Translations under genes and position numbers: made by a program | From: an uncultured Clostridia bacterium | GTDB lineage: Bacteria > Bacillota > Clostridia > Christensenellales > UBA1242 | Length of the DNA stretch: 64,000 nucleotides | Reading direction: 5' to 3' | NCBI GenBank assembly: GCA_944372365.1 | Contig: CALVYP010000003.1 | Coordinates: forward strand, 2,029 to 66,028 | Shown here: one piece after another, positions 1 through 8,532 of the stretch | Position numbering within the stretch: position 1 is the stretch's first letter | How the letters are laid out: every line of letters starts with the position of its first letter | Notes under the pieces: model-generated | Told to the model about the DNA's origin: nothing | The model's input: the letters and a program-made list of their open reading frames with translations, nothing else | Database searches by the model: none

Positions 1-641
1 GATGGAAGATCTTCCAAGGCTGGACATACGGCGGCAAGGTTTACACAACAGCACTCTTTGAAGGATCTAACGAAGACTACACATTAACTGCTTCATATAA
101 AACTCAAAGTGACATCACTTACGCATTCAATTTAGGTGACTCAAAATCAATCGCTTACAACACAGCAACAGGCATTGATTTAACAAACGCTCCAAGCAGA
201 GAATACTACAAATTGGCAGGAATCAACCTTAATGGTGTTGTATATAAATTCAACGATGCAAATGGTTTTGCAGACGCTCAAAACACAATTGACAAATATT
301 TGATGGATCAAGATCAAACTGCATTTGATGCAATTGCAATTTGGGAACTTGTTGGCGAAAACATTACGATAACAGTTGAAAGCGGTGCAATTGGTGCCAC
401 TGAATACAATAAAATTCTTGCAGCAGACATCGATGTTGAAACAACTCTGCTTTGTGATTATTTGGAAATCGACACCACAAACTTAGCAAGCATTAAAATC
501 ATGTATAACAATGGCGAGTATTATTTAAGCAAAGCGTCAGCTGAAGATTATGCTGCATTAACTATTGCAGACTTGTTTGAAGCTATTACATTTACACCAG
601 ATGTTACTGACATTAGAGTTATTTTGGTGCATGCTGCTTAA
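1..641 (+). CDS. 3' end of a larger secreted/surface protein (partial, continues upstream of the window)
   Basis: Frame 3 is open from the window edge to the TAA at 639-641. Segments such as FQGWTYGGKVYTT..DYTLTASYK and YKLAGINLNGVVYKF resemble Listeria-Bacteroides type repeats. A terminator follows. Confidence 0.5.
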   Translation, partial: WKIFQGWTYGGKVYTTALFEGSNEDYTLTASYKTQSDITYAFNLGDSKSIAYNTATGIDLTNAPSREYYKLAGINLNGVVYKFNDANGFADAQNTIDKYLMDQDQTAFDAIAIWELVGENITITVESGAIGATEYNKILAADIDVETTLLCDYLEIDTTNLASIKIMYNNGEYYLSKASAEDYAALTIADLFEAITFTPDVTDIRVILVHAA

Positions 642-650
642 AACACAAAC

Positions 651-681
651 AAAAAAGCCTTGAATTTCAAGGCTTTTTTTG
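651..681 (+). terminator. Rho-independent terminator of the upstream surface-protein gene
   Basis: AGCCTTGA-att-TCAAGGCT 8-bp stem (656-674) followed by a T-run; an A-run lies upstream. Confidence 0.8.
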
Positions 682-695
682 TGTTTGAAGGGGGA

Positions 696-825
696 CAAGC
701 GAAAGCGAACTTGCTTGCAAGGGTGAGCTGAGCGTAGATATATCTCCCGCCACGCGAACGCAACTGCGTTGCGTTTTTTTTGCTTTGCAAAAAAAGAAGC
801 ACGACATTTTGTCGTGTTTCTGCAT
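696..825. repeat. 130-nt repeat unit A, copy 1 (tRNA-like remnant plus back-to-back hairpin terminators)
   Basis: Aligns over its full length with 1034-1163, with about six substitutions by eye. Confidence 0.85.
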
Positions 826-1018
826 AGAGATTATGGTTATAAGAACCTGCATTTAGCAGAACCTTGTAACGTCCCACCGCGCTTTGCTTTAAAAAAACAG
901 CCCCCTTGCGAGAACTGTTTTTTGGTGGGAGTTATAAGAACCTGCATTTAGCAGAACCTTGTAACATCCCACCGCGCTTTGCTTAAAAAAAACAGCCCCC
1001 TTACGAGGCCTGTTTTTT
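826..1018. repeat. Two tandem ~96-nt units B1/B2 containing copies of the tRNA-Val 3' end
   Basis: 826-922 and 923-1018 are near-identical. TGGTGGGAGTTATA at 923-936 equals the 3' end of the tRNA-Val gene; the B1 copy near 826-840 is degenerate. Confidence 0.8.
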
Positions 1019-1033
1019 TGGTGGGAGTTATAG

Positions 1034-1163
1034 CAAGCGAAAGCGAACTTGCTTGCAAGGGTGAGCTGAGCGTAGATATATCTCCCGCCATGCGAACGCA
1101 ACTGAGTTGCGTTTTTTTTGCTTTGCAAAAAAAGAAGCACGACAAAATGTCGTGCTTCTGCAT
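1034..1163. repeat. 130-nt repeat unit A, copy 2, abutting tRNA-Val
   Basis: Direct repeat of 696-825. It is preceded by another TGGTGGGAGTTATA at 1019-1032. Confidence 0.85.
1127..1158 (-). terminator. Terminator of tRNA-Val (minus strand)
   Basis: GAAGCACGAC-aaaat-GTCGTGCTTC hairpin; on the minus strand it is followed by a T-run (plus-strand A-run at 1127-1133). Confidence 0.75.
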
Positions 1164-1238
1164 GGTGGGAGTTATAGGGCTCGAACCTATGACCCTCTGC
1201 TTGTAAGGCAGATGCTCTCCCAGCTGAGCTAAACTCCC
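1163..1238 (-). tRNA. tRNA-Val (anticodon UAC), CCA encoded
   Basis: The reverse complement GGGAGTTTAGCTCAGCTGGGAGAGCATCTGCCTTACAAGCAGAGGGTCATAGGTTCGAGCCCTATAACTCCCACCA folds as a cloverleaf with anticodon loop CTTACAA. Confidence 0.95.
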
Positions 1239-1257
1239 AAATAAAGGATGCAAGATA

Positions 1258-1286
1258 AATATATCAAAGATAAAAGTTTTTGTCAA
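1258..1286 (-). promoter_or_regulatory. Sigma-A type promoter for tRNA-Val
   Basis: Minus strand reads TTGACA-17 nt-TATATT, ending about 20 nt upstream of the tRNA 5' end. Confidence 0.6.
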
Positions 1287-1364
1287 CAAATTTTAATAAA
1301 AAAAATCAATTTTTCACACTTTTTATAAAAAACGAATATTTTATTGCATGGGAGGTTTTTTAAA

Positions 1365-1874
1365 ATGCCTATGATTTGTAATGATAACACAAACGCTTGC
1401 TATTCTGGCCCGTATTATCCAAATCCAGTTTTCAAATGTTGCCAAACCAGTTCGTGCGGCGGGTCAAACACGGTGATAAATCCAACTCGCTCGGAAGAAT
1501 GGGGCTTCTTTGTTGGCGGCGGAGTGACGGCAGGGCAAGGGCAGGCGCTTCCAATAACACTGACGGCAAGCGCGGGCACGGCGGTTTCGCAATCTGACAG
1601 CACAACCGTTGGTTTAACCGCAGGCTCGTATCAAGTTGCGTATAATGTAACCGCATCTTCTACAACAAGCCCTATGGAGTTTGCGTTGCAACTAAATGGC
1701 TCTGTTTTGCCATATTCAACGGCAACTGCGGCAGGTGACAGTTCAACAAAAACGCTTTCAAACACGGTTATTATCTCTGTTCCAACAAATGCAACGCTTC
1801 AAATTGTAAATCAAACTGCTGGAAATGCTAGCGTTGTGCGCAGTAATTTGGCAGCGACAAAACTTTTGACATGA
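1365..1874 (+). CDS. Small protein with a Cys-rich N-terminus and a Thr/Ser/Ala-rich beta-type C-terminal domain (BclA C-terminal/C1q-like guess)
   Basis: GGGAGG RBS at 1350-1355, 9 nt before ATG 1365; the track start at 1344 (TTG) is judged over-extended. The N-terminus is CNDNTNACYSGPYYPNPVFKCCQTSSCGG. Confidence 0.7.
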   Translation: MPMICNDNTNACYSGPYYPNPVFKCCQTSSCGGSNTVINPTRSEEWGFFVGGGVTAGQGQALPITLTASAGTAVSQSDSTTVGLTAGSYQVAYNVTASSTTSPMEFALQLNGSVLPYSTATAAGDSSTKTLSNTVIISVPTNATLQIVNQTAGNASVVRSNLAATKLLT

Positions 1875-1957
1875 GACTAAAATTCTCTTTCATTTTTATT
1901 TTTAATGGCGTATAATAATTATAGGGAAGGCGCAGGCTAGATAAAAGGAGGGGAAGC

Positions 1958-2113
1958 ATGAAAAAAGATTTTGTAAACGACGAACAACGGCTTTACTGGG
2001 AACTTTTTAGCAAAGGCCCAAAGGGGCTTCAAGGAAACCCTCTGCTTATCATTGAGTTTATGGAAATAGAAAAAGAGCGCACAAGAATTAAAACTGAGGA
2101 GATGTCAAGATAG
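1958..2113 (+). CDS. 51-aa YqzL-like small protein (below the track's ORF cutoff)
   Basis: GGAGG RBS 6 nt upstream. The ORF MKKDFVNDEQRLYWELFSKGPKGLQGNPLLIIEFMEIEKERTRIKTEEMSR ends 3 nt before recO, which is where yqzL sits in Bacillus. Confidence 0.55.
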   Translation: MKKDFVNDEQRLYWELFSKGPKGLQGNPLLIIEFMEIEKERTRIKTEEMSR

Positions 2114-2116
2114 CAA

Positions 2117-2827
2117 ATGTCTACAAAAGTTAAAGCCTTCGTGTTGGAAGCAAAAGACAGCAAAGAAAAAGATAAACTTGCCACTCTTTACACACTTGAA
2201 AATGGCAAGTTTTTTGTTAATTTCAAGGGCGTCAGGGGAGCAAAAGCCAAGCTTAAAGCAGCCAAAGAAGTTTTTACCTTTGGTGAGTATATTATCGAGC
2301 AAACCAAGGCTGGCAACATCGTAACCGAAGCAAACATAATCGACAACTTTATGCCGCTTAGAAATAATTTGGACAAGTTTTATCAAGCTTGCTCTATTTT
2401 CGACATCGTAAAAAAGCTTGCCGCACCTTCGCCAGATCCTGCACTCTTTATTGAAACTTTAAAAGCAATGAAAGCAATTTGTTATGATAATTCACCAAAA
2501 TATTATGCATTATTGAAGTTTTTAATAGATATTTTTGAAAATATGGGCTACAAACTCAATTTTGAAAAGTGCGCAAGTTGCGGCGCACAGCTTACAGGAA
2601 AAAAGTTTTTAAATCTTGACTATGGCGAAATCGTGTGTGCAAATTGCAGGCAGATGACAGCGCTGGAAGTTGCGCCAGCCACCATTGGCGCGCTTAAAAT
2701 AATCAAACAAACCCCATATGAAAAGCTTAAAACCGTCAAGCTTGGCGGCGGGGGCGAGATTAAAGCGCTAAACCTGTTGTGCGAAAACTTTGAATGGCGC
2801 TTCGGCAGCAAGTTTTTTATTGATTAA
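2117..2827 (+). CDS. recO: DNA repair protein RecO
   Basis: OB-fold-like N-terminus and a CASCG...CANC zinc motif; the length is typical. Confidence 0.85.
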   Translation: MSTKVKAFVLEAKDSKEKDKLATLYTLENGKFFVNFKGVRGAKAKLKAAKEVFTFGEYIIEQTKAGNIVTEANIIDNFMPLRNNLDKFYQACSIFDIVKKLAAPSPDPALFIETLKAMKAICYDNSPKYYALLKFLIDIFENMGYKLNFEKCASCGAQLTGKKFLNLDYGEIVCANCRQMTALEVAPATIGALKIIKQTPYEKLKTVKLGGGGEIKALNLLCENFEWRFGSKFFID

Positions 2828-2851
2828 AAGGTTGCGTGGCAGCCTTTTTTT
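2826..2851 (+). terminator. Rho-independent terminator after recO
   Basis: AGGTTGC-gtg-GCAGCCT stem followed by a T-run. Confidence 0.7.
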
Positions 2852-2886
2852 ATTTGAAAAAATTTTAATTTTCTTTTGAAAAATGC

Positions 2887-2915
2887 TTGACTTAAAAGGC
2901 GTTATTGTTTATAAT
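2887..2915 (+). promoter_or_regulatory. Near-consensus sigma-A promoter of the S10 cluster
   Basis: TTGACT (2887-2892), 17-nt spacer, TATAAT (2910-2915). Confidence 0.8.
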
Positions 2916-3130
2916 TACTATGCTGTGAAATATGGGTTGATGCCTAAGGTTACTTTGGTTACCGGCAATCAAAGAGAACTTGGGCGGACAAGTTCGTGGC
3001 AAGACCGCGAGCGGCTGACCTTAAACCACATTTTTTATTGCTTAGCAGCATGAAACACACGGATGCGTGTTCGGGAGTTTCAAAAGGCAAGTGGGGCAAG
3101 GCAGTTCAGCCAAAACTAGGAGGAAAAACA
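2916..3130 (+). promoter_or_regulatory. ~200-nt untranslated leader of the S10 operon with local hairpins
   Basis: No credible ORF. Contains the GAACTTG-ggcgga-CAAGTTC and ACACG-gat-GCGTGT stems. The GGAGG RBS lies at the 3' end. Confidence 0.5.
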
Positions 3131-3439
3131 ATGGCAACAAAGAAAATCAGGATTAAACTTAAAGCGTTTGAACACTCACTCATTGATGAAGCTTGCAAAA
3201 GAATCATCCTTGCTGCTGAAAAGAACGGCGCTAAAGTTGCTGGTCCAATTCCACTTCCAACTGACAGGGAAGTAGTTACGGTTATCCGTTCACCACACAA
3301 GCACAAAGATAGCCGTGAACAATTTGAGTCTAAGACTCACAAAAGACTTATCGATATTATCAGTCCATCCACAAAGGTTGTAGACGCTATGATGAAGCTC
3401 GACCTTCCAGCGGGTGTGGACATCCAAATCAAACTGTAA
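3131..3439 (+). CDS. rpsJ: 30S ribosomal protein S10
   Basis: [15 protein letters not shown].. with a GGAGG RBS. The track start at 2996 is over-extended. Confidence 0.95.
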   Translation: MATKKIRIKLKAFEHSLIDEACKRIILAAEKNGAKVAGPIPLPTDREVVTVIRSPHKHKDSREQFESKTHKRLIDIISPSTKVVDAMMKLDLPAGVDIQIKL

Positions 3440-3450
3440 GGAGGCACTTC

Positions 3451-4083
3451 GTGAAAAAAGCAATACTAGGCAAAAAACTTGGCATGACGCAAGTATTCAG
3501 CTCAAATGGAGCTGTTATTCCTGTTACTGTTATTGAAGCAGGCCCTTGCAGTGTTGTTCAAGTTAAATCAAAAGATAAAGATGGCTATGAAGCAGTTGTG
3601 GTTGCTTATGGCAAACAAAAAGAGCACAGGCTTAACAAGCCAAAACTTGGCATCTTCAAAAAGGCAGGTGTTGAACCTAGCAAAATTTTGAAGGAATTTA
3701 AGTTTGATAACTGCGGCGAATACAGCGTTGGACAAGTTATCAATTGCGGAATCTTTGCAGAAGGCGATAAGGTTGACGCCATCGGCACAACCAGAGGCAG
3801 AGGTTTCACTGGCGTTATTCAAAGATGGAATAACCACCGCCTTAAAATGAGCCACGGAACAGGCCCTGTTCACAGAGAAGTTGGCTCAATGGGTGCAAAC
3901 TCAACACCATCCAGAGTTTTCAAAAACAAACACATGCCGGGACACTATGGATGCGAAAGAGTTACAATCCAAAACCTTGAAATAGTTAAAGTCGATGCAG
4001 AAAGAGGCGTTCTGCTTGTCAAAGGATGTGTTCCTGGCCCTAAGGGCTCAGTTGTTACCATTCGTGAGGCAATTAAAGCATAA
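3451..4083 (+). CDS. rplC: 50S ribosomal protein L3
   Basis: Conserved sequence (GMTQVF..) and S10-cluster gene order; GTG start. Confidence 0.95.
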   Translation: MKKAILGKKLGMTQVFSSNGAVIPVTVIEAGPCSVVQVKSKDKDGYEAVVVAYGKQKEHRLNKPKLGIFKKAGVEPSKILKEFKFDNCGEYSVGQVINCGIFAEGDKVDAIGTTRGRGFTGVIQRWNNHRLKMSHGTGPVHREVGSMGANSTPSRVFKNKHMPGHYGCERVTIQNLEIVKVDAERGVLLVKGCVPGPKGSVVTIREAIKA

Positions 4084-4097
4084 AGGAGTTTAGAATA

Positions 4098-4724
4098 ATG
4101 GCAAAAGTTAAAGTTTATGACATGTCGGCTAAGGTTGTTGGCGAAATTGAACTTAATGACGAACTTTTTGCTCTCCCTTATAACCAGCCTTTAATTCACG
4201 AGGCAGTGGTGGCATATCAGGCTAACCAAAGACAAGGGAACAAGAGCGCTCTCACAAGAAGCGAAGTTAGAGGTCATGCAAAAAAACCTTGGAGACAAAA
4301 GAAAACCGGCCGCGCTCGTCACGGCTCTACAAAATCTCCTGAATATACTGGCGGCGGAGTTGTGTTCGCACCAAAACCAAGAGATTTTTCTAAGAAAATG
4401 AATAAAACTGCAAAGAGACTTGCTCTGCTTACAGCTCTTTCAAGAAAATTAGAACTTGGACAACTTATCGTTCTTAAAGATTTTGAAATTGCAAGCGGCA
4501 AAACCAAAGACGCAAACGCATTCCTTAAAGCATTTGGCCTTTCAGGCAAAACACTTGTTGTTGGAAAGCAAAACTCTCAAAACACATTGCGTGCTTCGGC
4601 AAACATTAAGTCTCTTTCAACCGAGAATATTGCAACTTTGTCAACCTATCAAATTGTTGCAAACAAAAATGTTCTTCTCACTTGCGACTCAATCAAATCA
4701 ATAGAGGAGGCTTACGCAGAATAA
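4098..4724 (+). CDS. rplD: 50S ribosomal protein L4
   Basis: Conserved sequence and gene order. Confidence 0.95.
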   Translation: MAKVKVYDMSAKVVGEIELNDELFALPYNQPLIHEAVVAYQANQRQGNKSALTRSEVRGHAKKPWRQKKTGRARHGSTKSPEYTGGGVVFAPKPRDFSKKMNKTAKRLALLTALSRKLELGQLIVLKDFEIASGKTKDANAFLKAFGLSGKTLVVGKQNSQNTLRASANIKSLSTENIATLSTYQIVANKNVLLTCDSIKSIEEAYAE

Positions 4725-5026
4725 TGGAAGCATATCAAATAATCAAAAAACCACTCTTAACAGAAAAAAGCTATGCTGGAATACAAGCGAAAGTGTATTC
4801 ATTTGTGGTTGACAAAAGGGCAACCAAAACCGAAATCAAAAAAGCGGTTGAAAGCATTTTTGGGGTGGAAGTAGAAAAAGTTAACACTATGGTTGTTAAA
4901 GGCCACAAAAAAGTTCAAAACACTAAGGCTGGAAGAACAGTAGGCAAAACCAGCGATTACAAAAAAGCAATCGTAACTTTGACTGAAAAATCTAAACCTA
5001 TTGCATTCTTCGAAAGCTTGTCTTAA
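4724..5026 (+). CDS. rplW: 50S ribosomal protein L23
   Basis: MEAYQIIKKPLLTEKS..; the start overlaps the rplD stop as TAATG. The track start at 4682 is over-extended. Confidence 0.93.
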   Translation: MEAYQIIKKPLLTEKSYAGIQAKVYSFVVDKRATKTEIKKAVESIFGVEVEKVNTMVVKGHKKVQNTKAGRTVGKTSDYKKAIVTLTEKSKPIAFFESLS

Positions 5027-5042
5027 TTAAAAGGAGGAAATC

Positions 5043-5870
5043 ATGGCTATTAAAAAATCAAAACCAACATCAGCCGGCAGAAGATTTTATTCTTCACTTG
5101 TGTTTGATGAAGTTACAAAGAAAACGCCTGAAAAATCTCTCCTTGCCGTTAAGAAAAAACACGCTGGAAGAAATGCTCAGGGCAGAATCACCGTTCGTCA
5201 TCAGGGCGGCGGAAACAGACAAAAATATCGTATCATCGATTTTAAACGCAATAAGGATAACATTCCTGCAAAAGTTGTTGGAATTGAATACGATCCAAAC
5301 AGAACCGCTTACATTGCATTGCTCTCTTATGCCGATGGAGAAAAGAGATATATCATCGCTCCACTTGGCCTTAAAGTTGGCGACAGCGTAATGAGTGGTG
5401 AAAATGTTGAAATCAAAGTTGGAAACGCTCTTCCAATTTCGTCGATCCCAGTTGGTTCAGTTATTCACAACATTGAGCTTCAACCTAAAAAAGGCGCACA
5501 ACTTGGCAGAAGTGCTGGAAGCGCTGTGCAACTTATGGCAAAAGAAGGCAAATATGCAACTCTCAGGCTGCCAAGCGGCGAAATGAGAAAAGTTTTGCTT
5601 TCATGCCGCGCAACCATTGGAACAGTTGGCAACCTTGATCATGAACTTGTTTCACTTGGCAAGGCTGGCAGAAAACGCCACATGGGCGTTAGACCAACCG
5701 TTCGTGGTGTTGTAATGAACCCTAACGATCACCCACATGGTGGTGGTGAAGGAAAGAGCCCAGTCGGCATGGCGTCACCTATGACTCCATGGGGCAAACC
5801 TGCACTTGGTCTTAAAACCAGAAAGCATAAGAAAGCATCTGATCGCTTGATGGTTAAGAGAGTTAATTAG
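5043..5870 (+). CDS. rplB: 50S ribosomal protein L2
   Basis: Conserved sequence and gene order. Confidence 0.96.
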   Translation: MAIKKSKPTSAGRRFYSSLVFDEVTKKTPEKSLLAVKKKHAGRNAQGRITVRHQGGGNRQKYRIIDFKRNKDNIPAKVVGIEYDPNRTAYIALLSYADGEKRYIIAPLGLKVGDSVMSGENVEIKVGNALPISSIPVGSVIHNIELQPKKGAQLGRSAGSAVQLMAKEGKYATLRLPSGEMRKVLLSCRATIGTVGNLDHELVSLGKAGRKRHMGVRPTVRGVVMNPNDHPHGGGEGKSPVGMASPMTPWGKPALGLKTRKHKKASDRLMVKRVN

Positions 5871-5881
5871 GAGAAATAACT

Positions 5882-6166
5882 ATGCAGAAAGAAATTAAAA
5901 AACCTTATGTGCATCCATCTCTTGTTAAAAAAGTTAAAGAGATGCAAGAGAGCGGCGTAAAAAAACCTATCAAAACTTGGTCTCGTGCTTCAACAATCTA
6001 TCCAGAGTTTGTAGGCTTTACTTTTGCTGTTCACAATGGCAAAAAGCATGTTCCAGTTTACTGCACTGCTGATATGGTTGGGCATAAACTTGGCGAATTT
6101 TCTCCAACAAGAACTTATAAAGGCCACGCTGCAAAAAAAGCAGCCAAAGGCGCTGGCAAGAAGTAA
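5882..6166 (+). CDS. rpsS: 30S ribosomal protein S19
   Basis: [19 protein letters not shown] motifs. Confidence 0.95.
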   Translation: MQKEIKKPYVHPSLVKKVKEMQESGVKKPIKTWSRASTIYPEFVGFTFAVHNGKKHVPVYCTADMVGHKLGEFSPTRTYKGHAAKKAAKGAGKK

Positions 6167-6179
6167 GGTGAGGTGAAAA

Positions 6180-6566
6180 ATGGCTACAAGAATTAGACAA
6201 AAAGCAGAAAAAAGGGCTAAACAAAAAGATATTCGTCCTTTTGCTAAGGCAAGATATATTAGAATGAGCCCTTCAAAAGTTAGAATTGTGCTTGACCTTA
6301 TCAGAGGCAAGAACGCTAAAGAAGCGGCTGCAATTCTTGCAAACATGCCAAATGCTGCGGCTGAGGCATCTTTAAAAGTTTTAAACAGCGCAATCGCAAA
6401 TGCTGAAAACAACAAAGGTATGAATGGTGACAACCTTTTTGTTGCAGAAGCATATGTTTGCCAAGGCCCAATTCTTAAAAGAATTATGCAAAGAGGCAAA
6501 GGCTCGGCTGACAGAATTTTAAAGAAGACATCGCACATCACAATTGTGCTTGATGAAAAAAGATAG
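6180..6566 (+). CDS. rplV: 50S ribosomal protein L22
   Basis: Conserved sequence and gene order. Confidence 0.95.
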   Translation: MATRIRQKAEKRAKQKDIRPFAKARYIRMSPSKVRIVLDLIRGKNAKEAAAILANMPNAAAEASLKVLNSAIANAENNKGMNGDNLFVAEAYVCQGPILKRIMQRGKGSADRILKKTSHITIVLDEKR

Positions 6567-6575
6567 GAGGGCAAA

Positions 6576-7244
6576 ATGGGACAAAAAGTTAATCCAATCG
6601 GGTTTAGACTTGGTGTAAACAAAGAATGGAACTCAACTTGGTATGCAAAGAAACAAGATTTTGCTCCAAATCTTTTGGAAGACCAAAAAGTTAAAAAGCA
6701 CATCAAATCAAAATATTATGCTTGTGGAATTTCAAAAATCACCATTGAAAGAACAGAAAACAAACTTATAGTCAACATTTTCACTGCTAAACCAGGAATG
6801 ATTATTGGCTCTAAGGGCACAGGCATTGAAAACATCAAAAAAGAAATTTCAAAAATCATCAGGCCTGTTAAATCTTTGATAATCAATGTTAAAGAAATTA
6901 AAAAACCAGACCTTGACGCAACTCTTGTTGCAGAAAGCATAACCGCTCAACTTGAAAAGCGTATTCAATGGCGCAGAGCCTTGAAAATGGCACTTCAAAG
7001 GGTTATGAAAGCAGGCGCAAAAGGCTGCAAGGTTCAGGTTAAGGGTGTTATTGATGGCGCAAGTTCTCTTCACAGAACCGAGCATTATATGGAAGGCACT
7101 CTTCCACTTCACACTCTCAGGGCTGATATTGACTACGGCACTTCAGCTGCTTACACCGATTACGGCAAGCTTGGCGTAAAGTGCTGGATTTATAAGGGAG
7201 ACATTCTTCCTACAAAGTCGTCTGAAAAAGGAGGACAAGAATAA
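6576..7244 (+). CDS. rpsC: 30S ribosomal protein S3
   Basis: [13 protein letters not shown].. Confidence 0.96.
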   Translation: MGQKVNPIGFRLGVNKEWNSTWYAKKQDFAPNLLEDQKVKKHIKSKYYACGISKITIERTENKLIVNIFTAKPGMIIGSKGTGIENIKKEISKIIRPVKSLIINVKEIKKPDLDATLVAESITAQLEKRIQWRRALKMALQRVMKAGAKGCKVQVKGVIDGASSLHRTEHYMEGTLPLHTLRADIDYGTSAAYTDYGKLGVKCWIYKGDILPTKSSEKGGQE

Positions 7245-7687
7245 TGTTAATGCCAAAGAGAGTTAAAAGAAGAAAGGTTTTCAGAGGCAGAATGAAAGGT
7301 AAGGCAACTCGTGGCAACACCGTTGCTTACGGACAGTTTGGGCTTATGGCATTAGAGCCATGCTGGATTAAATCCAACCAAATTGAAGCAGCCAGAATTG
7401 CTATGACTCGTCATATCAAGCGTGGCGGTAAAGTTTGGATTAAAATTTTCCCAGACAAACCTGTTTCTAAAAAGCCTCTTGGAACGCGTATGGGTTCAGG
7501 AAAAGGCGCGCCAGAATTTTGGGTTGCTGTTGTTAAACCAGGCAGAATTCTTTTTGAAATTGAAGGCGTTTCAGAAGAACTTGCACGCGAAGCAATTAGA
7601 CTTGCTGGGCACAAGCTTCCTTGCAAAACTAAGTTTGTAAAGAAAGAAGCCCCAGTAGAAGGTGGTGAGAAAGATGAAAACAAGTGA
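7244..7687 (+). CDS. rplP: 50S ribosomal protein L16
   Basis: [12 protein letters not shown].. Confidence 0.96.
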   Translation: MLMPKRVKRRKVFRGRMKGKATRGNTVAYGQFGLMALEPCWIKSNQIEAARIAMTRHIKRGGKVWIKIFPDKPVSKKPLGTRMGSGKGAPEFWVAVVKPGRILFEIEGVSEELAREAIRLAGHKLPCKTKFVKKEAPVEGGEKDENK

Positions 7688-7892
7688 AATTAAATCATTA
7701 ACTCAATCAGAACTCAATGCAAGATTAAAAGAGTTAAATATGGAACTGTTCAATCTTCGTTTCTCAAACGCTTCTAGAAATCTTGCAAATCCTGTTCAAA
7801 TCAGAAATGTTAAAAGAGAAATCGCAAGAGTCAAAACCATTATGAGAGAAAAAGAATTGGCTGGCGCAAATGGAGGAAACGATGGAAAATAG
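7674..7892 (+). CDS. rpmC: 50S ribosomal protein L29
   Basis: [21 protein letters not shown]..; overlaps the rplP end. Start chosen at ATG 7674. Confidence 0.9.
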   Translation: MKTSEIKSLTQSELNARLKELNMELFNLRFSNASRNLANPVQIRNVKREIARVKTIMREKELAGANGGNDGK

Positions 7893-8142
7893 AAATTCAA
7901 GACTTACAAGAATTGGCAAAGTTGTAAGTGCTGGAAAAATGGATAAAACCATTGTTGTTTCAGTTACTTCAAGAGTTAACCACCCAATTTACAAAAAAGT
8001 CGTTCATAAAACAAAAAAATTCAAAGTTCACGATGAAAAGAACGAGTGCGGAATTGGTGACACCGTGTTGATCATGGAAACCAGACCTCTTTCAAAGGAT
8101 AAATACTACCGCCTTGTTAAAATCATCGAGAAAGCTAAGTAG
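7882..8142 (+). CDS. rpsQ: 30S ribosomal protein S17
   Basis: Conserved sequence. GGAGG lies 5 nt before ATG 7882; the alternative start is 7870. Confidence 0.9.
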   Translation: MENRNSRLTRIGKVVSAGKMDKTIVVSVTSRVNHPIYKKVVHKTKKFKVHDEKNECGIGDTVLIMETRPLSKDKYYRLVKIIEKAK

Positions 8143-8151
8143 GAGGGCAAT

Positions 8152-8520
8152 ATGATTCAACCTCAAACAAGATTAAAAGTAGCCGACAACACTGGCGCAA
8201 AAGAAATTATGTGCATCAGGGTTTTGGGTGGATCTTTTAGAAGAAGTGGCAATATTGGTGACATTATTGTTGCATCTGTAAAAAAGGCAATCCCAGGTGG
8301 CTCTGTTAAGAAAGGAGACGTTGTTAAAGCAGTTATCGTGCGCTCCTCAAAAGGTCTTCGCAGGCCAGACGGCTCTCATATCAGATTTGATGACAATGCC
8401 GCAGTCATCATTGACAACCAAAAGCAACCAAAGGGGACTCGTGTTTTCGGGCCTATCGCCAGAGAACTTCGTGACAAGGGTTATATGAAAATTATTTCTC
8501 TTGCTCCAGAGGTTATTTAA
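8152..8520 (+). CDS. rplN: 50S ribosomal protein L14
   Basis: [17 protein letters not shown].. Confidence 0.97.
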   Translation: MIQPQTRLKVADNTGAKEIMCIRVLGGSFRRSGNIGDIIVASVKKAIPGGSVKKGDVVKAVIVRSSKGLRRPDGSHIRFDDNAAVIIDNQKQPKGTRVFGPIARELRDKGYMKIISLAPEVI

Positions 8521-8532
8521 AGGAGATAAAAC

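Noticed and set aside
690-1163. Possible CRISPR array suggested by the repeated units.
   Set aside because: The units are of two different types, ~96 and 130 nt long, arranged A-B-B-A and directly abutting. There are no short uniform repeats with unique spacers and no cas genes.
638-1289. ORFs of 60-113 aa on both strands across 638-1289 (638..877-, 769..951+, 889..1140-, 948..1289-, 979..1206+).
   Set aside because: They lie entirely in the tRNA-Val gene and its A/B repeat array. They have no RBS, and their similarity to each other only reflects the DNA repeats.
2996-3130. 5' extension of rpsJ proposed by the ORF track (147 aa).
   Set aside because: The extension has no RBS and a non-protein-like sequence. 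Conserved S10 begins at ATG 3131, behind a GGAGG. Similar over-extended starts were trimmed for rplW, rpmC, rplF, adk, ppdK, rpoZ, murF, murD, murA, ftsZ and spoIIGA.
5990-6706. 238-aa minus-strand ORF antisense to rpsS/rplV/rpsC. Many similar antisense ORFs occur inside r-protein, dnaE, ppdK and mur genes.
   Set aside because: These are shadow ORFs opposite highly conserved genes. They have low-complexity hydrophobic translations and no RBS.
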